The translations under genes were made by a program, and so were the position numbers. A DNA stretch of 63,938 bases, filler included, from Sandaracinaceae bacterium (GTDB lineage Bacteria > Myxococcota_A > Polyangia > Polyangiales > JADJQN01), in NCBI GenBank assembly GCA_947483975.1. It is 5 parts of 5 records of this genome, joined end to end, with 100 filler letters (N's around TTAATTAATTAA, not from the genome) between each part and the next. Parts side by side here need not be neighbours in the genome. Positions count along the whole stretch, not along the records: positions 14,143 to 27,789 come from CANKOL010000115.1; positions 27,890 to 41,440 come from CANKOL010000116.1; 3 more parts are not named here. One strand, written 5' to 3'. Of this stretch, positions 25,921 through 35,702 are shown piece by piece. Under the pieces are notes generated by a model that did no database searches, was not told the DNA's origin, and worked only from the letters and a program-made list of their open reading frames with translations. Position 1 is the first letter of the stretch; each line of letters begins with the position of its first letter.

Positions 25921-27417
25921 ATGACTCTCGTACAGCTCAGCCGCCTCGATCGACCCGCAAGCACCAAGTTCGCTGCCGAATGCAAGGTTCGTCCGATCCT
26001 CGACAAGATGCTCGTGACCTCGCTCGACGGCGCGTTCGTGCTGCTGACGCAAGACGAATTCCGCGCGTTCAAGAGCGGCGAGGTCCCCGCCGAGAGCGAG
26101 CTCTACCAGCGCCTCTGCGCGGCAAACCTCGTGCGGGCGGCGTTCGACGTGAAGCGCGCGGCGCGCCTGACGAGCGAGCGAAAGGGCTTCCTGCGCGCGG
26201 GGCCCAACCTGCACGTCTTCGTCGTCACGCTGCGCTGCAACGAGACTTGCGTCTACTGCCACGCGTCGCGCGCGAACATGGACGCCGTACACACGGACAT
26301 GAAGAAGGACATCGCGGAGAAGACCGTCGATCTCGCGCTCGCCTCGACGAGCCCCTTCATCACCATCGAGTTCCAAGGCGGCGAGCCGCTCGCGAACTTC
26401 AGCATCGTTCAGCACATCATCGACTACGCGAAGCGCCAGAATGCCGCGCTCGGCAAGACGCTCGAATTCACGCTGGTGTCGAACCTCGGGCTGATGACCG
26501 AGGAGAAGATGGCGTATCTCCTCGATCAGCGCGTGCAGATCTGCACGAGCATCGACGGGCCACAGGTGCTCCACGACAAGCAGCGAAAGCTCGCCGGCGG
26601 CAGCGCGCACGAGACCGCAGCGCGCTGGATCAAGCGGATCAACGAGGCTTACATCGAGCGCGGGCTCGACCCGACGCTGTATCACATCGAGGCGCTGCTC
26701 ACGACGACGCGGGACACGCTGAAGCTCCCGCGCGAGGTCGTCGACTCCTACCGATCGCTCGGCTGTCGCGCCCTCTTTCTGCGCCCTGTGGACCCGTTTG
26801 GCTTTGCGTCCCGCGCGGAGAGCCACCTCGAGTATCCGCGCGAAGAGTATCTGAAGTTCTATCGGAGCGCGGTCGACTACATGCTCGAGCTCAACCGCAA
26901 CGGGACCGAGATCCTCGAGCGCTTCGCGGCGATCTTCCTGACGAAGATCCTCACGGGCACCGATCCGAACTACCTCGACATCCGGAGTCCGTGCGGCGCC
27001 GGGATCGGGCAAGTCGCCTACAACTACGATGGCAAGATCTTCACCTGTGATGAGGGTCGGATGTTGCACGAGATGGGCGACGACACGTTCCTGATCGGCG
27101 ACGTCGAGACGAGCAAGTATCGCGAGCTGATGGCCCACCCGACGGTGCGCGCGCTCGCCGTCGCGTCGAATTTGGACGGGCAGCCCGACTGCGTGAACTG
27201 CACCTATCAGACGTACTGTGGAGTCTGCCCGGTGCACAGCCACAGGACGCAAGGCTCGGTGTTCGGGCGGATCCGCGACAGCGCGCTCTGCGCGGTGCAC
27301 AAGGGGATTCAGGACTATCTCTTCGAGAAGATCGCGGAGAACGATCCGGACACGATGCGCACCTTCGGCAAGTGGACGACGATCCGCGAGCGCTCGCACT
27401 ACCTACAGAACTGCTGA
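25921..27417 (+). CDS. hxsB: His-Xaa-Ser system radical SAM/SPASM maturase HxsB
   Basis: LHVFVVTLRCNETCVYCHASR, IEFQGGEPL, SIDGP..LHD, DIRSPCGAGIGQVAYNYDG.IFTCDEGRM, CVNC..QTYCGVCPV. Confidence 0.85.
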   Translation: MTLVQLSRLDRPASTKFAAECKVRPILDKMLVTSLDGAFVLLTQDEFRAFKSGEVPAESELYQRLCAANLVRAAFDVKRAARLTSERKGFLRAGPNLHVFVVTLRCNETCVYCHASRANMDAVHTDMKKDIAEKTVDLALASTSPFITIEFQGGEPLANFSIVQHIIDYAKRQNAALGKTLEFTLVSNLGLMTEEKMAYLLDQRVQICTSIDGPQVLHDKQRKLAGGSAHETAARWIKRINEAYIERGLDPTLYHIEALLTTTRDTLKLPREVVDSYRSLGCRALFLRPVDPFGFASRAESHLEYPREEYLKFYRSAVDYMLELNRNGTEILERFAAIFLTKILTGTDPNYLDIRSPCGAGIGQVAYNYDGKIFTCDEGRMLHEMGDDTFLIGDVETSKYRELMAHPTVRALAVASNLDGQPDCVNCTYQTYCGVCPVHSHRTQGSVFGRIRDSALCAVHKGIQDYLFEKIAENDPDTMRTFGKWTTIRERSHYLQNC

Positions 27418-27463
27418 CGTCGCGCGACTGCCGTGCTCACGGGAGCGTGGCAGTCGATGCGGA

Positions 27464-27789
27464 CTACTCGCAGCGTCCAGCGCGGTCATCGCAGGTGTAG
27501 CCGGGCGGACACGGGTGCCCCTCGCTGCACGTCGCGGGTTCGCAGTAGCCCGTGTCGTGATCGCAGGTGTACGGCGGGCGGCAGCCGTTCACGCGGCAGC
27601 CGGCGACGCCCCACACCACGCCGGCGGCGGCCGCGGTGCCGACCGCCTCGGCTGGGCCGCCCTGCACGACGCACTCGTTGCCCGCGGCGAGGTCGACCGA
27701 GTCGCGGCACTCCATCGTGCTGACGCAGCCGATCGACGCGCACACGACGGCTCCGGCGAGCGCGCTGCCGAACGCGGCGAGGAGCGCTC
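27464..27789 (-). CDS. Small Cys-rich lipoprotein (5' truncated)
   Basis: Frame open to contig end: ALLAAFGSALAGAVVCASIG-C, then C.PPYTCD..TGYCE and CPPGYTCD...GRCE. Confidence 0.7.
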
Positions 27790-27889
27790 NNNNNNNNNNN
27801 NNNNNNNNNNNNNNNNNNNNNNNNNNNNNNNNNTTAATTAATTAANNNNNNNNNNNNNNNNNNNNNNNNNNNNNNNNNNNNNNNNNNNN
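27790..27889. other. Artificial contig spacer
   Basis: N-TTAATTAATTAA-N. Confidence 0.99.
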
Positions 27890-27891
27890 GC

Positions 27892-28356
27892 CTCGAGACC
27901 TCCACGACAGACACCAACGCGCCAAGCCGAGCGAGCGCTCGGGCTCGGAGCGGCCCCCGGGGCAAGGCGGCGGCGCTGTGCCTGGTCGCCGCGCTCACGG
28001 CGGGCTGCGGCAACGCGCGCTCTGCTGACCCGCCCCGCGAACACGCCGCGGCCCACACCCGGACGCCGAGCGCTCCGCCGACCGGGAGCGCGAGCGCGCC
28101 CACGACGCCCGCCCCCGCGGGCGACACCTGGGATGCGCAGGGCATCACCATCGAGCGACTGCCAGACGGCTCGATCCGCATGCGCGGACAAGACCGATGG
28201 GGCGTGCAACTCGACACCACGTACGCCGACGCGACGTACTTCGCGAACGCGGTGCCCGTGCTCGCGCGCTCCTTGACGGAGGCGCAAGCGCGCGCCCTGA
28301 CCGAGGCCGTGCCGAGCATCCGCGGCGCGGCCGCCGCAGGCAGCGCCGCGCCCTGA
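27892..28356 (+). CDS. Hypothetical lipoprotein (5' truncated; absent from the ORF track)
   Basis: Open frame ...GKAAALCLVAALTAG-CGNARS, Pro/Ala linker, WDAQGITIERLPDGSIRMRGQDRWGVQLDTTYADATYFANAVPVL, TGA at 28354-28356. Confidence 0.7.
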   Translation, partial: LETSTTDTNAPSRASARARSGPRGKAAALCLVAALTAGCGNARSADPPREHAAAHTRTPSAPPTGSASAPTTPAPAGDTWDAQGITIERLPDGSIRMRGQDRWGVQLDTTYADATYFANAVPVLARSLTEAQARALTEAVPSIRGAAAAGSAAP

Positions 28357-28540
28357 GACGACTGAGGGCGGGCCACGCGGCCGTCCTCCGGGCGCTCGGG
28401 GCGTACGCGCTCTGCGCCGCGACCGAGGTCGACGTGATCGCGGCGAAGGTCATCGGCTGCCGCAACCGCAACTCGGCGCCTGGGTCTGCCGTCGGATTCG
28501 TCGTCCGCGGCGACCCGCGGGGTGCGCCGTCGCGGGAGTC

Positions 28541-28608
28541 GCGCGCAGGACGACGCGGTTGCGCGCAGGACGACGCGGCAGTCGCGCGCAGGACGACGCG
28601 GTTGCGCA
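28541..28608. repeat. Three near-tandem 20-bp direct repeats upstream of the kinase
   Basis: GCGCGCAGGACGACGCGG at 28541, 28561, 28584. Confidence 0.9.
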
Positions 28609-28666
28609 CCCCCCGTTGACCCGCGCCACCTCCTCGTGCAAAAAACACGTCGTGCTTGTCGATCCT

Positions 28667-30982
28667 GTGAGCCAGCTAACGAGCGACGGTGAGCCCTGCG
28701 AACGCGCCGTGCTGCGTGAGCGAGCGCTCTGGCAGGCCGCAGTCGACTGCCTTCCCGGCGTCTTCTACCTGATCTCGCGCGACGGTCGGTTCGTACGCTG
28801 GAACCAAAACCTCGAGGGCGTCACAGGCTACTCAGCGGCTGAGGTCGCAGCGCTCCGACCGGCCGCGTTCTTCCGCGACGCGGACCAAGAGGCCGCCGCA
28901 GCGGCCATCGAGACGACCTTCACGACCGGAAGCTCGACGCTCGAGTGCGACGTCCTCACGAAGGACGGCACCGCGCTCCCATACATCTTCAGCGGACGTC
29001 TCGTGGAGATCGACGGCGAGGTCTGCCTCGCCGGTATGGGCCTCGACCTCTCCGAGCGGAAGCGCGCGACCGCGACGCTGCGAGAGCGCGAAGGGCTGCT
29101 GGAGAAGGCGGTCGAGCAGAGCCCGATCGCGATCGCGATCGTCGGGCTCGACGGCACGATCGAGTACTTCAACCAACAGGCGATCGACCTGTTCGGCTAC
29201 CTGCCCGCGGACATCCCGACGATGGAGCATTGGTGGGTCCTCGCCTATCCCGACGAGACCTATCGCGCGGAGACGCTCGCGCGGTGGATGGAGCTCGTCG
29301 GCAAGGCGATCACGCTCGGCACGGAGATTGAGCGCGGCGACTACCGCGTCACCTGCAGGGGCGGCGTGATGAAGACGGTCGTGATCTTCGGCGCGGTCGT
29401 CGGGGGCAAGGCGTTCGTGATGTTCGAGGACATCACGGAGCGCGAGCGCGCCGCCGACGAGGCGCTCCGCGAGCGCGAGAACAGCCTCGCCGCGGTCGCG
29501 GAGAACGCGAGCGACGGGATCGTGATCACGACGCCCAACGGCTCGCATCACTACGTCAACAGGAAAGCCGCAGAGCTCACCGGCTACAGCGTCGGCGAGC
29601 TGCTCGAGACGACGGTGTCGAAGCTGCTCCACCCAGACGATCTGCCGATCATCGCGCAGCGGCAGGCGGCGCGCGACGCGGGGCAGCCGACGCCCGAGCG
29701 GATCGAGCTCCGGCTGCGCACCAAGGCGGGAGCGACCGTCCCCGTCGAGGTCTCGAGCACGCCGACGACCTGGCACGGTGCGGCGGCGAACCTGGTCGTC
29801 GTGCGCGACGTCACCGAGCGCAGGCGGGCCGAGGAGGAGCGCGCGCGCCTGCAAAACCAGCTCGCGCAGGCGCAGAAGCTCGAGGCCATCGGGACCCTCG
29901 CGGGCGGCGTCGCGCACGACTTCAACAACATCCTCGCGGGCCTCCTCGGGGGGCTCTCGCTGCTCGATCTCGAGCTCGACGAGGCGGGCACGCCGCGCCC
30001 CGAGCTGCAGGAGATGATGGCGCTCGTCACCCGCGGCGCAGAGCTCGCGCGGCAGCTGCTCGGCTTCGCCCGACGCGGCAAGTACGACGTCCGCCCGCTC
30101 GAGCTCACGCCCGTGATCCAGAAGACGGCGACGCTCTTCGGGCGTACGCGCAAGGACCTCACGCTCCATCTCGACCTCGCGCACGACCTGCACTCCGTGC
30201 TGATGGACCACGCGCAGCTCGAGCAGGTGCTGCTGAATCTCTTCCTCAACGCGGGCCAGGCGATGCCCGAGGGCGGCACGCTCGCGGTGTGCGCGAGGAA
30301 CGTCGAGCTCTCGAGCAGCGACACGAAGGAGCACGGCGCTGCGCCTGGCCGCTTCCTCAAGGTCATCGTCGCAGACACGGGCATCGGGATGAGCGAGGCG
30401 ACGCAAGCCCGAATCTTCGAGCCCTTCTTCACGACCAAGGCGCCGGGGCAAGGCACCGGCCTCGGGCTCGCGTCGGCGTACGGCATCATCAAGAGCCACG
30501 GCGGCTTCATCACGGTCGACAGCGCGCTCGGCGAGGGCACGTCCTTCACGCTGTGGCTGCCGGCGACCGAGCGACCGAGCCACGACGAAAAGGGGGACGC
30601 GCCGACGGTGCAGCGGGGCTCGGCGACCATCCTGATCGTCGACGACGAGGCGCACGTCGCCGCGGTCTGCGCGCGCATGCTGCGGCGGGTCGGCTACACC
30701 GTCCTGACCGCGTCAGGCGGGCGAGAGGCGATCGAGCTCCTGCGCGAACACGGCGCGGGCATCTCGCTCGTCATCCTCGACATGATCATGCCGGACCTCG
30801 GCGGCGCGCAGACGTACGACGGGCTCCGGGCACTCCAACCCGACATCCGAGTGCTGCTCTCGAGCGGACACAGCGCGGAGGGGGCCGCGCAGGCGCTGCT
30901 CGCGCGCGGTTGCCGAGGCTTTCTGCAGAAGCCCTTCGACACGCAGGCGCTCTCCGCGAAGGTGCGCGAGCTGCTCGCCTGA
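28667..30982 (+). CDS. Hybrid sensor histidine kinase (3 PAS, HisKA, HATPase, REC)
   Basis: QKLEAIGTLAGGVAHDFNN, QVLLNL..NA, DTGIG, FEPFFTTK, GTGLGL, ILIVDDE..ILDMIMP..KPF; GTG start approximate. Confidence 0.93.
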   Translation: MSQLTSDGEPCERAVLRERALWQAAVDCLPGVFYLISRDGRFVRWNQNLEGVTGYSAAEVAALRPAAFFRDADQEAAAAAIETTFTTGSSTLECDVLTKDGTALPYIFSGRLVEIDGEVCLAGMGLDLSERKRATATLREREGLLEKAVEQSPIAIAIVGLDGTIEYFNQQAIDLFGYLPADIPTMEHWWVLAYPDETYRAETLARWMELVGKAITLGTEIERGDYRVTCRGGVMKTVVIFGAVVGGKAFVMFEDITERERAADEALRERENSLAAVAENASDGIVITTPNGSHHYVNRKAAELTGYSVGELLETTVSKLLHPDDLPIIAQRQAARDAGQPTPERIELRLRTKAGATVPVEVSSTPTTWHGAAANLVVVRDVTERRRAEEERARLQNQLAQAQKLEAIGTLAGGVAHDFNNILAGLLGGLSLLDLELDEAGTPRPELQEMMALVTRGAELARQLLGFARRGKYDVRPLELTPVIQKTATLFGRTRKDLTLHLDLAHDLHSVLMDHAQLEQVLLNLFLNAGQAMPEGGTLAVCARNVELSSSDTKEHGAAPGRFLKVIVADTGIGMSEATQARIFEPFFTTKAPGQGTGLGLASAYGIIKSHGGFITVDSALGEGTSFTLWLPATERPSHDEKGDAPTVQRGSATILIVDDEAHVAAVCARMLRRVGYTVLTASGGREAIELLREHGAGISLVILDMIMPDLGGAQTYDGLRALQPDIRVLLSSGHSAEGAAQALLARGCRGFLQKPFDTQALSAKVRELLA

Positions 30983-31003
30983 GCGACGCCCCTCGGGCGC
31001 TCG

Positions 31004-32665
31004 TCAGCCGCGCCAGCGCTGCGCGATCGGCATACGCCTGCCCGAGCCGAACGCCTTGCGCGACACGATCAGCCCCGGCGCGAGCTGACGGCGCTTGTGC
31101 TCGCTCAGGTGCACGAGGCGCACGACGCGCTCGACGAGCGCGCGGTCGAAGCCCGCCGCGATGATCTCCTCGGTGCCGAGGCGCTGCTCGACGTAGCGCT
31201 CGAGCACCGCGTCGAGCAGGTCGTAGGGCGGCAGCGAGTCCTGATCCGTCTGGTCGGGGCGTAGCTCCGCGCTCGGCGCCTTCGTCAGCGTGCTCTCGGG
31301 GATCACCGCGCGCCCCGCCCTGCGGTTGACCTCGCGCGCGACGCGATAGACGAACGTCTTCGGCAGATCGGCGATCACGGCGAGCGCGCCGGCCATGTCG
31401 CCGTAGAGCGTGCAGTAGCCGACCGCGACCTCGCTCTTGTTGCCCGTCGTCAGCACGAGCGCGCCCGTGCGGTTGGCGACGCCCATCAGCACCGCGCAGC
31501 GAATCCGCGACTGCACGTTCTCCCACGTCACATCGCCCGCTCCGCCCGGCGCGAGCGCGTCGAGGTGCGCGCTGAGGCCGTCGAGGTACGCCTGAAAATA
31601 CGCGTCGATCGGCACCTCGCGGAAGCCGATGCCGAGCGCGCCGACGAGCGCGTGCGCGTCGTCGAAGCTGAGCCTCGACGAGAAGCGCGTCGGCAGCGCG
31701 AGCCCGAGCACGTTCTCCGGGCCGAGCGCCTCGGCGGCGATCGCGGCGACGAGCGCGCTGTCGACGCCGCCCGAGACGCCGAGCACGACGCGCGAGAAGC
31801 CGCACTTGCGCACGTAGTCGCGCGTGCCGAGCACGAGCGCGTCGAGCACCGCGCCCTCCTCGGTCTCGGCCCGCTCGGCAATGGGGCCGCCGGCCGCGAG
31901 GTCGGTGATCAGCACGTCCTCGGCGTGCTCACGCGCGCGAGCCCAGAGCGCGCCGTCGGGCCCGAAGACCGCCGAGCTGCCGTCGAAGATCAGCTCGTCT
32001 TGCCCGCCGACCTGGTTGACGAAGACGACGGGCACGCCGTGCTTGCGCGCGACCGACGCGAGCATGTGCGCGCGCCCCTGCCGCTTCTCGCGCGTGAACG
32101 GCGACGCGGCGACGTTGACGAGCAACTGCGCGCCCGCCGCGACCAGGTCCGCGACGGGGTCGACGGGATAGCTGCGCTCGGTGACGGCCTCGACGACGTC
32201 GTTCCAGATGTCCTCGCAGATCGTGATGCCGACGCGCAGCCCGCCGACCTCGACGAGCAGCGGCGCGCGCGCGCCCGGCTCGAACCAGCGGTCCTCGTCG
32301 AAGACGTCGTAGGTCGGCAGCAGCCGCTTCTGCGCCGTGCACAGGACCTGCCCATCGCGCACGACGGCGACGGCGTTGTGCAGGCGGCGGGAGGCGTTCG
32401 GCGCAGCGCGCTCGACGAAGCCGAGCGCGACGGTCAGCCCCGCGGGGAGCTCGGCGACGACCCGCGCGAACACCGCGAGCGAGGCGTCGACGAACGACGG
32501 TCGGTCGAGCAGATCGCGCGGCGGATAGCCGGTGAGCGCGAGCTCCGGGAACACCGCGAGGTCCGCGCCCGCGGCGCTCGCCTGCCGCGCCGCGGCGAGG
32601 ATGCGCGCGGCGTTTCCCTCGAGATCACCGACCGTCGCGTCGAGCTGACAGAGAGCGAGCCGCAT
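31004..32665 (-). CDS. nadE: Glutamine-dependent NAD+ synthetase
   Basis: Nitrilase domain (FPEL..TGYPP.DL, K..LPTYDVFDE.R.F, ICEDIW), GVSGGVDS, ENVQSR, TGNKSE, PSAELRPDQTD. Confidence 0.96.
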   Translation of the reverse strand: MRLALCQLDATVGDLEGNAARILAAARQASAAGADLAVFPELALTGYPPRDLLDRPSFVDASLAVFARVVAELPAGLTVALGFVERAAPNASRRLHNAVAVVRDGQVLCTAQKRLLPTYDVFDEDRWFEPGARAPLLVEVGGLRVGITICEDIWNDVVEAVTERSYPVDPVADLVAAGAQLLVNVAASPFTREKRQGRAHMLASVARKHGVPVVFVNQVGGQDELIFDGSSAVFGPDGALWARAREHAEDVLITDLAAGGPIAERAETEEGAVLDALVLGTRDYVRKCGFSRVVLGVSGGVDSALVAAIAAEALGPENVLGLALPTRFSSRLSFDDAHALVGALGIGFREVPIDAYFQAYLDGLSAHLDALAPGGAGDVTWENVQSRIRCAVLMGVANRTGALVLTTGNKSEVAVGYCTLYGDMAGALAVIADLPKTFVYRVAREVNRRAGRAVIPESTLTKAPSAELRPDQTDQDSLPPYDLLDAVLERYVEQRLGTEEIIAAGFDRALVERVVRLVHLSEHKRRQLAPGLIVSRKAFGSGRRMPIAQRWRG

Positions 32666-32743
32666 GGTCGGCAGGGGTAGCACGAGACCCGCGCCGGATG
32701 AACGCTCAGATCGACCCGACGTGCACAGGGGCCGGACGAACGC

Positions 32744-33751
32744 TCAGATGAAGGTGATCGGCGCGCAGATCGAGACGCCCGCGCCGACGATGATGCGGCC
32801 CGCGTCGTTCACGACCTTGGTGACGGTGCCGTCGCCGTCGGGCGGGAGGTTGAAGCGCCAGACCTCGGAGTTCGTCGCGCCCGTCGCGCGGATGAACACG
32901 TAGAAGCGGCTGCCCCAGTACGCGAAGGCGTACTGCGACTCGAAGTCGCCGCCCATCGCCGTGAGCTCGTAGCTCGTCGTCTCGGCCGCGTTCGCGGGGT
33001 TGAGCTCGACGATGCGCCCCGGGACGACCGTCGAGAAGACCGTGTCGGGGCGGTAGAACGCGAAGAGCTGCCCGCTCGCGTTGCCGGAGAGCTCGGGCCA
33101 GCCGGTGAGCGAGCCGACCGAGACCGCCGCGTGCGTCGCGGGGGTCACGTGCCCGAGGCGCGCGGGGTTCGACGGGCTCTGCTCGAGGAGATCGATGTAG
33201 GTGCCGCCCGAGACGAAGAGCGCCTCGCCCGAGCCCTCCGCCGCGAAGCCCATGCCGAAGCGCTCGAAGGGATCGGCGAGCGGGAACGAGCCCGGGCTGC
33301 AGGTCGCGTCGAGCGTGCTGACGAGGCGGATCTGCCCGTCTTGGAAGAGCACCCAGGCGTTCGCGTCTTGGTCGACGGACATCGAGAACGGCTTGAGGCT
33401 CGAGCTCGCGCAGGAGATGGTCCCGACGTTCGTGAAGGTGCCGTCGCGCGGGTCGAAGCGCGCGAGCATGTTGTCGCGGTCGACGACGTACACGAGCTCT
33501 GCGCGCTCGGTGCACGCGGGCGGCGTCGGGCCGAAGTCGCGCGCCGGGCCGAGATCGAACGGGGTCCCGACGTCGAGCGGAGTCGCCGAGTCGAGCGGAG
33601 CGCCGGAGTCGGTGCCGGGGCGCACGGGAGTGCGTGGCCGGTTGTCGGCGCAGCCCGCGAGCGCGAGCGCGAGGAGGAGCGGCACGAGCGCCAACGAACG
33701 GCGAGCCAAGGAGTGCGAGAGCACAGAGCCGGAAACCGTCGAGTGGGACAT
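32744..33751 (-). CDS. Myxobacterial lipoprotein, beta-propeller-like
   Basis: LALALAG-C lipobox, PFSMSVD, FGMGF, ELSGN..GQLF, YAFAYWG, IVGAGVSICAP. Confidence 0.8.
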   Translation of the reverse strand: MSHSTVSGSVLSHSLARRSLALVPLLLALALAGCADNRPRTPVRPGTDSGAPLDSATPLDVGTPFDLGPARDFGPTPPACTERAELVYVVDRDNMLARFDPRDGTFTNVGTISCASSSLKPFSMSVDQDANAWVLFQDGQIRLVSTLDATCSPGSFPLADPFERFGMGFAAEGSGEALFVSGGTYIDLLEQSPSNPARLGHVTPATHAAVSVGSLTGWPELSGNASGQLFAFYRPDTVFSTVVPGRIVELNPANAAETTSYELTAMGGDFESQYAFAYWGSRFYVFIRATGATNSEVWRFNLPPDGDGTVTKVVNDAGRIIVGAGVSICAPITFI

Positions 33752-33854
33752 GGGAGTGACCCTAACAGGGGACGACGCGAGAGTGACAGTCGAGACTGTG
33801 CGGTAGCGCAAAGTGGCCGTTTTTCCAGTATAACGGCCGGGTATGGGGCGAAGC

Positions 33855-35621
33855 CTATTCCGCTATAGCGGCCGCGTGTAGGGCGTCGCCGGGAGTCACG
33901 ACCACGAGGCGATATCCGCCCACTGGCACGGTGGGCGGCACTCCGAAGCTCCCGCGGAAATCCCCACCACCGCCGCTGACGGTCACGCCGAGCAACAACG
34001 CACGATCCCCGCGCGCGGCCAGCAGCGAGACCTCGACGCGTTGCCCCGCGACGCCCGCGCCGGCGCTGTCCGTGACGCGCCCGGTGACGAGCAGCTCACG
34101 ACCGCGGAAGACCTCGCGATAGAACGTGTGGACCGAGAGCGCGAGCGCGACGCGCGACGACTGCGCACCTCCCCCGGGGGGCTGCGCTGCGTGGTTCGGG
34201 TCCGCGCCGGCGTGCGCGGGGTCCGCGCCGGGCGCGCTCCCCGGCTGAGCGGGAGTCGGCGGCGGAGTCGCGCCATCGGTCGAGCTCGCGCCGCCCGCGC
34301 CGGGCAGCGTCAGCGGCTCGTCGGGGCGCAGCCCCTGCGTGTCCCGGAGCTGCGAGTAGCTGCGCTCGAACGCCTCGGGACGCGGCAAGAGATCGGGCGT
34401 CTGCGGGCGATAGAGCGGCGCCGCGCTCGCGTTGTGCGCCTGGAGCCCGTTCGCCGCGCCGCCGAGGTCGACGCGCATCCAGCCCGACGCGTCCGGCTGC
34501 TTCACCTCGACCCACGCGTGCGCCTCGTTCTGCACGAAGCGCGCGGGGATGCCGAGCGCGTGCGCGACGATGACGAAGCCGTACGCGCGGTGCCGACAGA
34601 CGCCCTTCTTGCCGCGCGCGAGGTCGAGGAAGATGTCGCCTGTGTCGCGCGGCGGAGTGTCCGACTCCTCGAACGCGCGGAAGTGCGTGACGAGCCCCTC
34701 GACCGCCTCGGAGAACGGCATTCCACGGCGCAGCGCGAGCTCCCCGGCGAAGGTCATCGCGCGGCGCTGCACGCTCGCGGGCAGCGGCACGACCTCGCCC
34801 GCGCGGGTGTCCGACGCGAGGCGCGAGAGCGGCATCGAGAAGTAGTCGCGCGGCGCGTCCATCAAGAAGGTCACGCGCACCTGCCCGTTCACGGGCCCAG
34901 ACGCCACCGCGTAGAAGTTGTCGGCAGAGTCGCGCTCGACGCGCAGCAGCGTCTGCGGCTCGGTGCGCAGCGTCAGCACGCGCGACTCGGGCGAGACGCT
35001 CGGCAGCGGCACGGTCATGCCGCCCTCGAACTCGAGCACGACGGTGCCCCAGAATTTGTCGCGCGGGCGCGCGTCGGGCGGCGGCGCGCTCGCCCCCTCG
35101 ACGGGCACGAGGGTGCGCGGCGACGTGCGCGCGATCGTCAGCACGGGCGTCGTGCCGTCGTCGGCGAGCACGACGGCGTCGAGCGCCGTCACGCGCTTGT
35201 AGGGCGCGATCGCGGGCGAGAAGACCTCGAAGTAATCGAGCGTGTTCTCTAGCTCGGTGATGCGGTCCGGGCGGAACGACTCCGAGCGCCGCCCGGGCTG
35301 CTCTTGCCGTGCGCCGTCGCCCGCCTGCGGCGTCATCGGGCGCTCGTCGGCGGCGAGCGCGCCGTTCTCTGGCGGCGGGATCACCTCCCCGCCGACGACG
35401 ATGGCGGCGGGCTCGGAGCCGCCGGCCGCGACGAGCATCGTGCCCTCGTCCGCGCTCGGGCTCGCGACGAACTCGTGGAGGATGCGGTCGTCGGCGCGCA
35501 CGGCGAGCCCGACGGTGAGCGCGGCGAGCGCGAGCCCACCCAGCGAGAGCCCTGCCCGGGACCTCGTCCAGCCCGCGCCCGCAGACGGGACAGGCCTTTC
35601 GGAGGAGGGGCGGCGCGTCAC
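33855..35621 (-). CDS. Secreted transglutaminase-like domain protein
   Basis: Signal/TM, GVCRHRA..F...A.ALGIPARFV.NEAHAWVEV..W..VD catalytic triad; beta-rich C-terminal domain; start approximate. Confidence 0.85.
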   Translation of the reverse strand: MTRRPSSERPVPSAGAGWTRSRAGLSLGGLALAALTVGLAVRADDRILHEFVASPSADEGTMLVAAGGSEPAAIVVGGEVIPPPENGALAADERPMTPQAGDGARQEQPGRRSESFRPDRITELENTLDYFEVFSPAIAPYKRVTALDAVVLADDGTTPVLTIARTSPRTLVPVEGASAPPPDARPRDKFWGTVVLEFEGGMTVPLPSVSPESRVLTLRTEPQTLLRVERDSADNFYAVASGPVNGQVRVTFLMDAPRDYFSMPLSRLASDTRAGEVVPLPASVQRRAMTFAGELALRRGMPFSEAVEGLVTHFRAFEESDTPPRDTGDIFLDLARGKKGVCRHRAYGFVIVAHALGIPARFVQNEAHAWVEVKQPDASGWMRVDLGGAANGLQAHNASAAPLYRPQTPDLLPRPEAFERSYSQLRDTQGLRPDEPLTLPGAGGASSTDGATPPPTPAQPGSAPGADPAHAGADPNHAAQPPGGGAQSSRVALALSVHTFYREVFRGRELLVTGRVTDSAGAGVAGQRVEVSLLAARGDRALLLGVTVSGGGGDFRGSFGVPPTVPVGGYRLVVVTPGDALHAAAIAE

Positions 35622-35702
35622 CCGAGGCAGCGTAGCAGCGTGGGCGAGGTGCGCTGCCAGGGCTACAGTGTCATCCTCGACGCCGGAGCCAGCGCCCCAC
35701 GC

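Noticed and set aside
27464..27789. Cys-rich small protein as the HxsB/SPASM substrate
   Set aside because: Convergent orientation, lipoprotein signal and a disulfide-type Cys pattern common in myxobacterial exported proteins.
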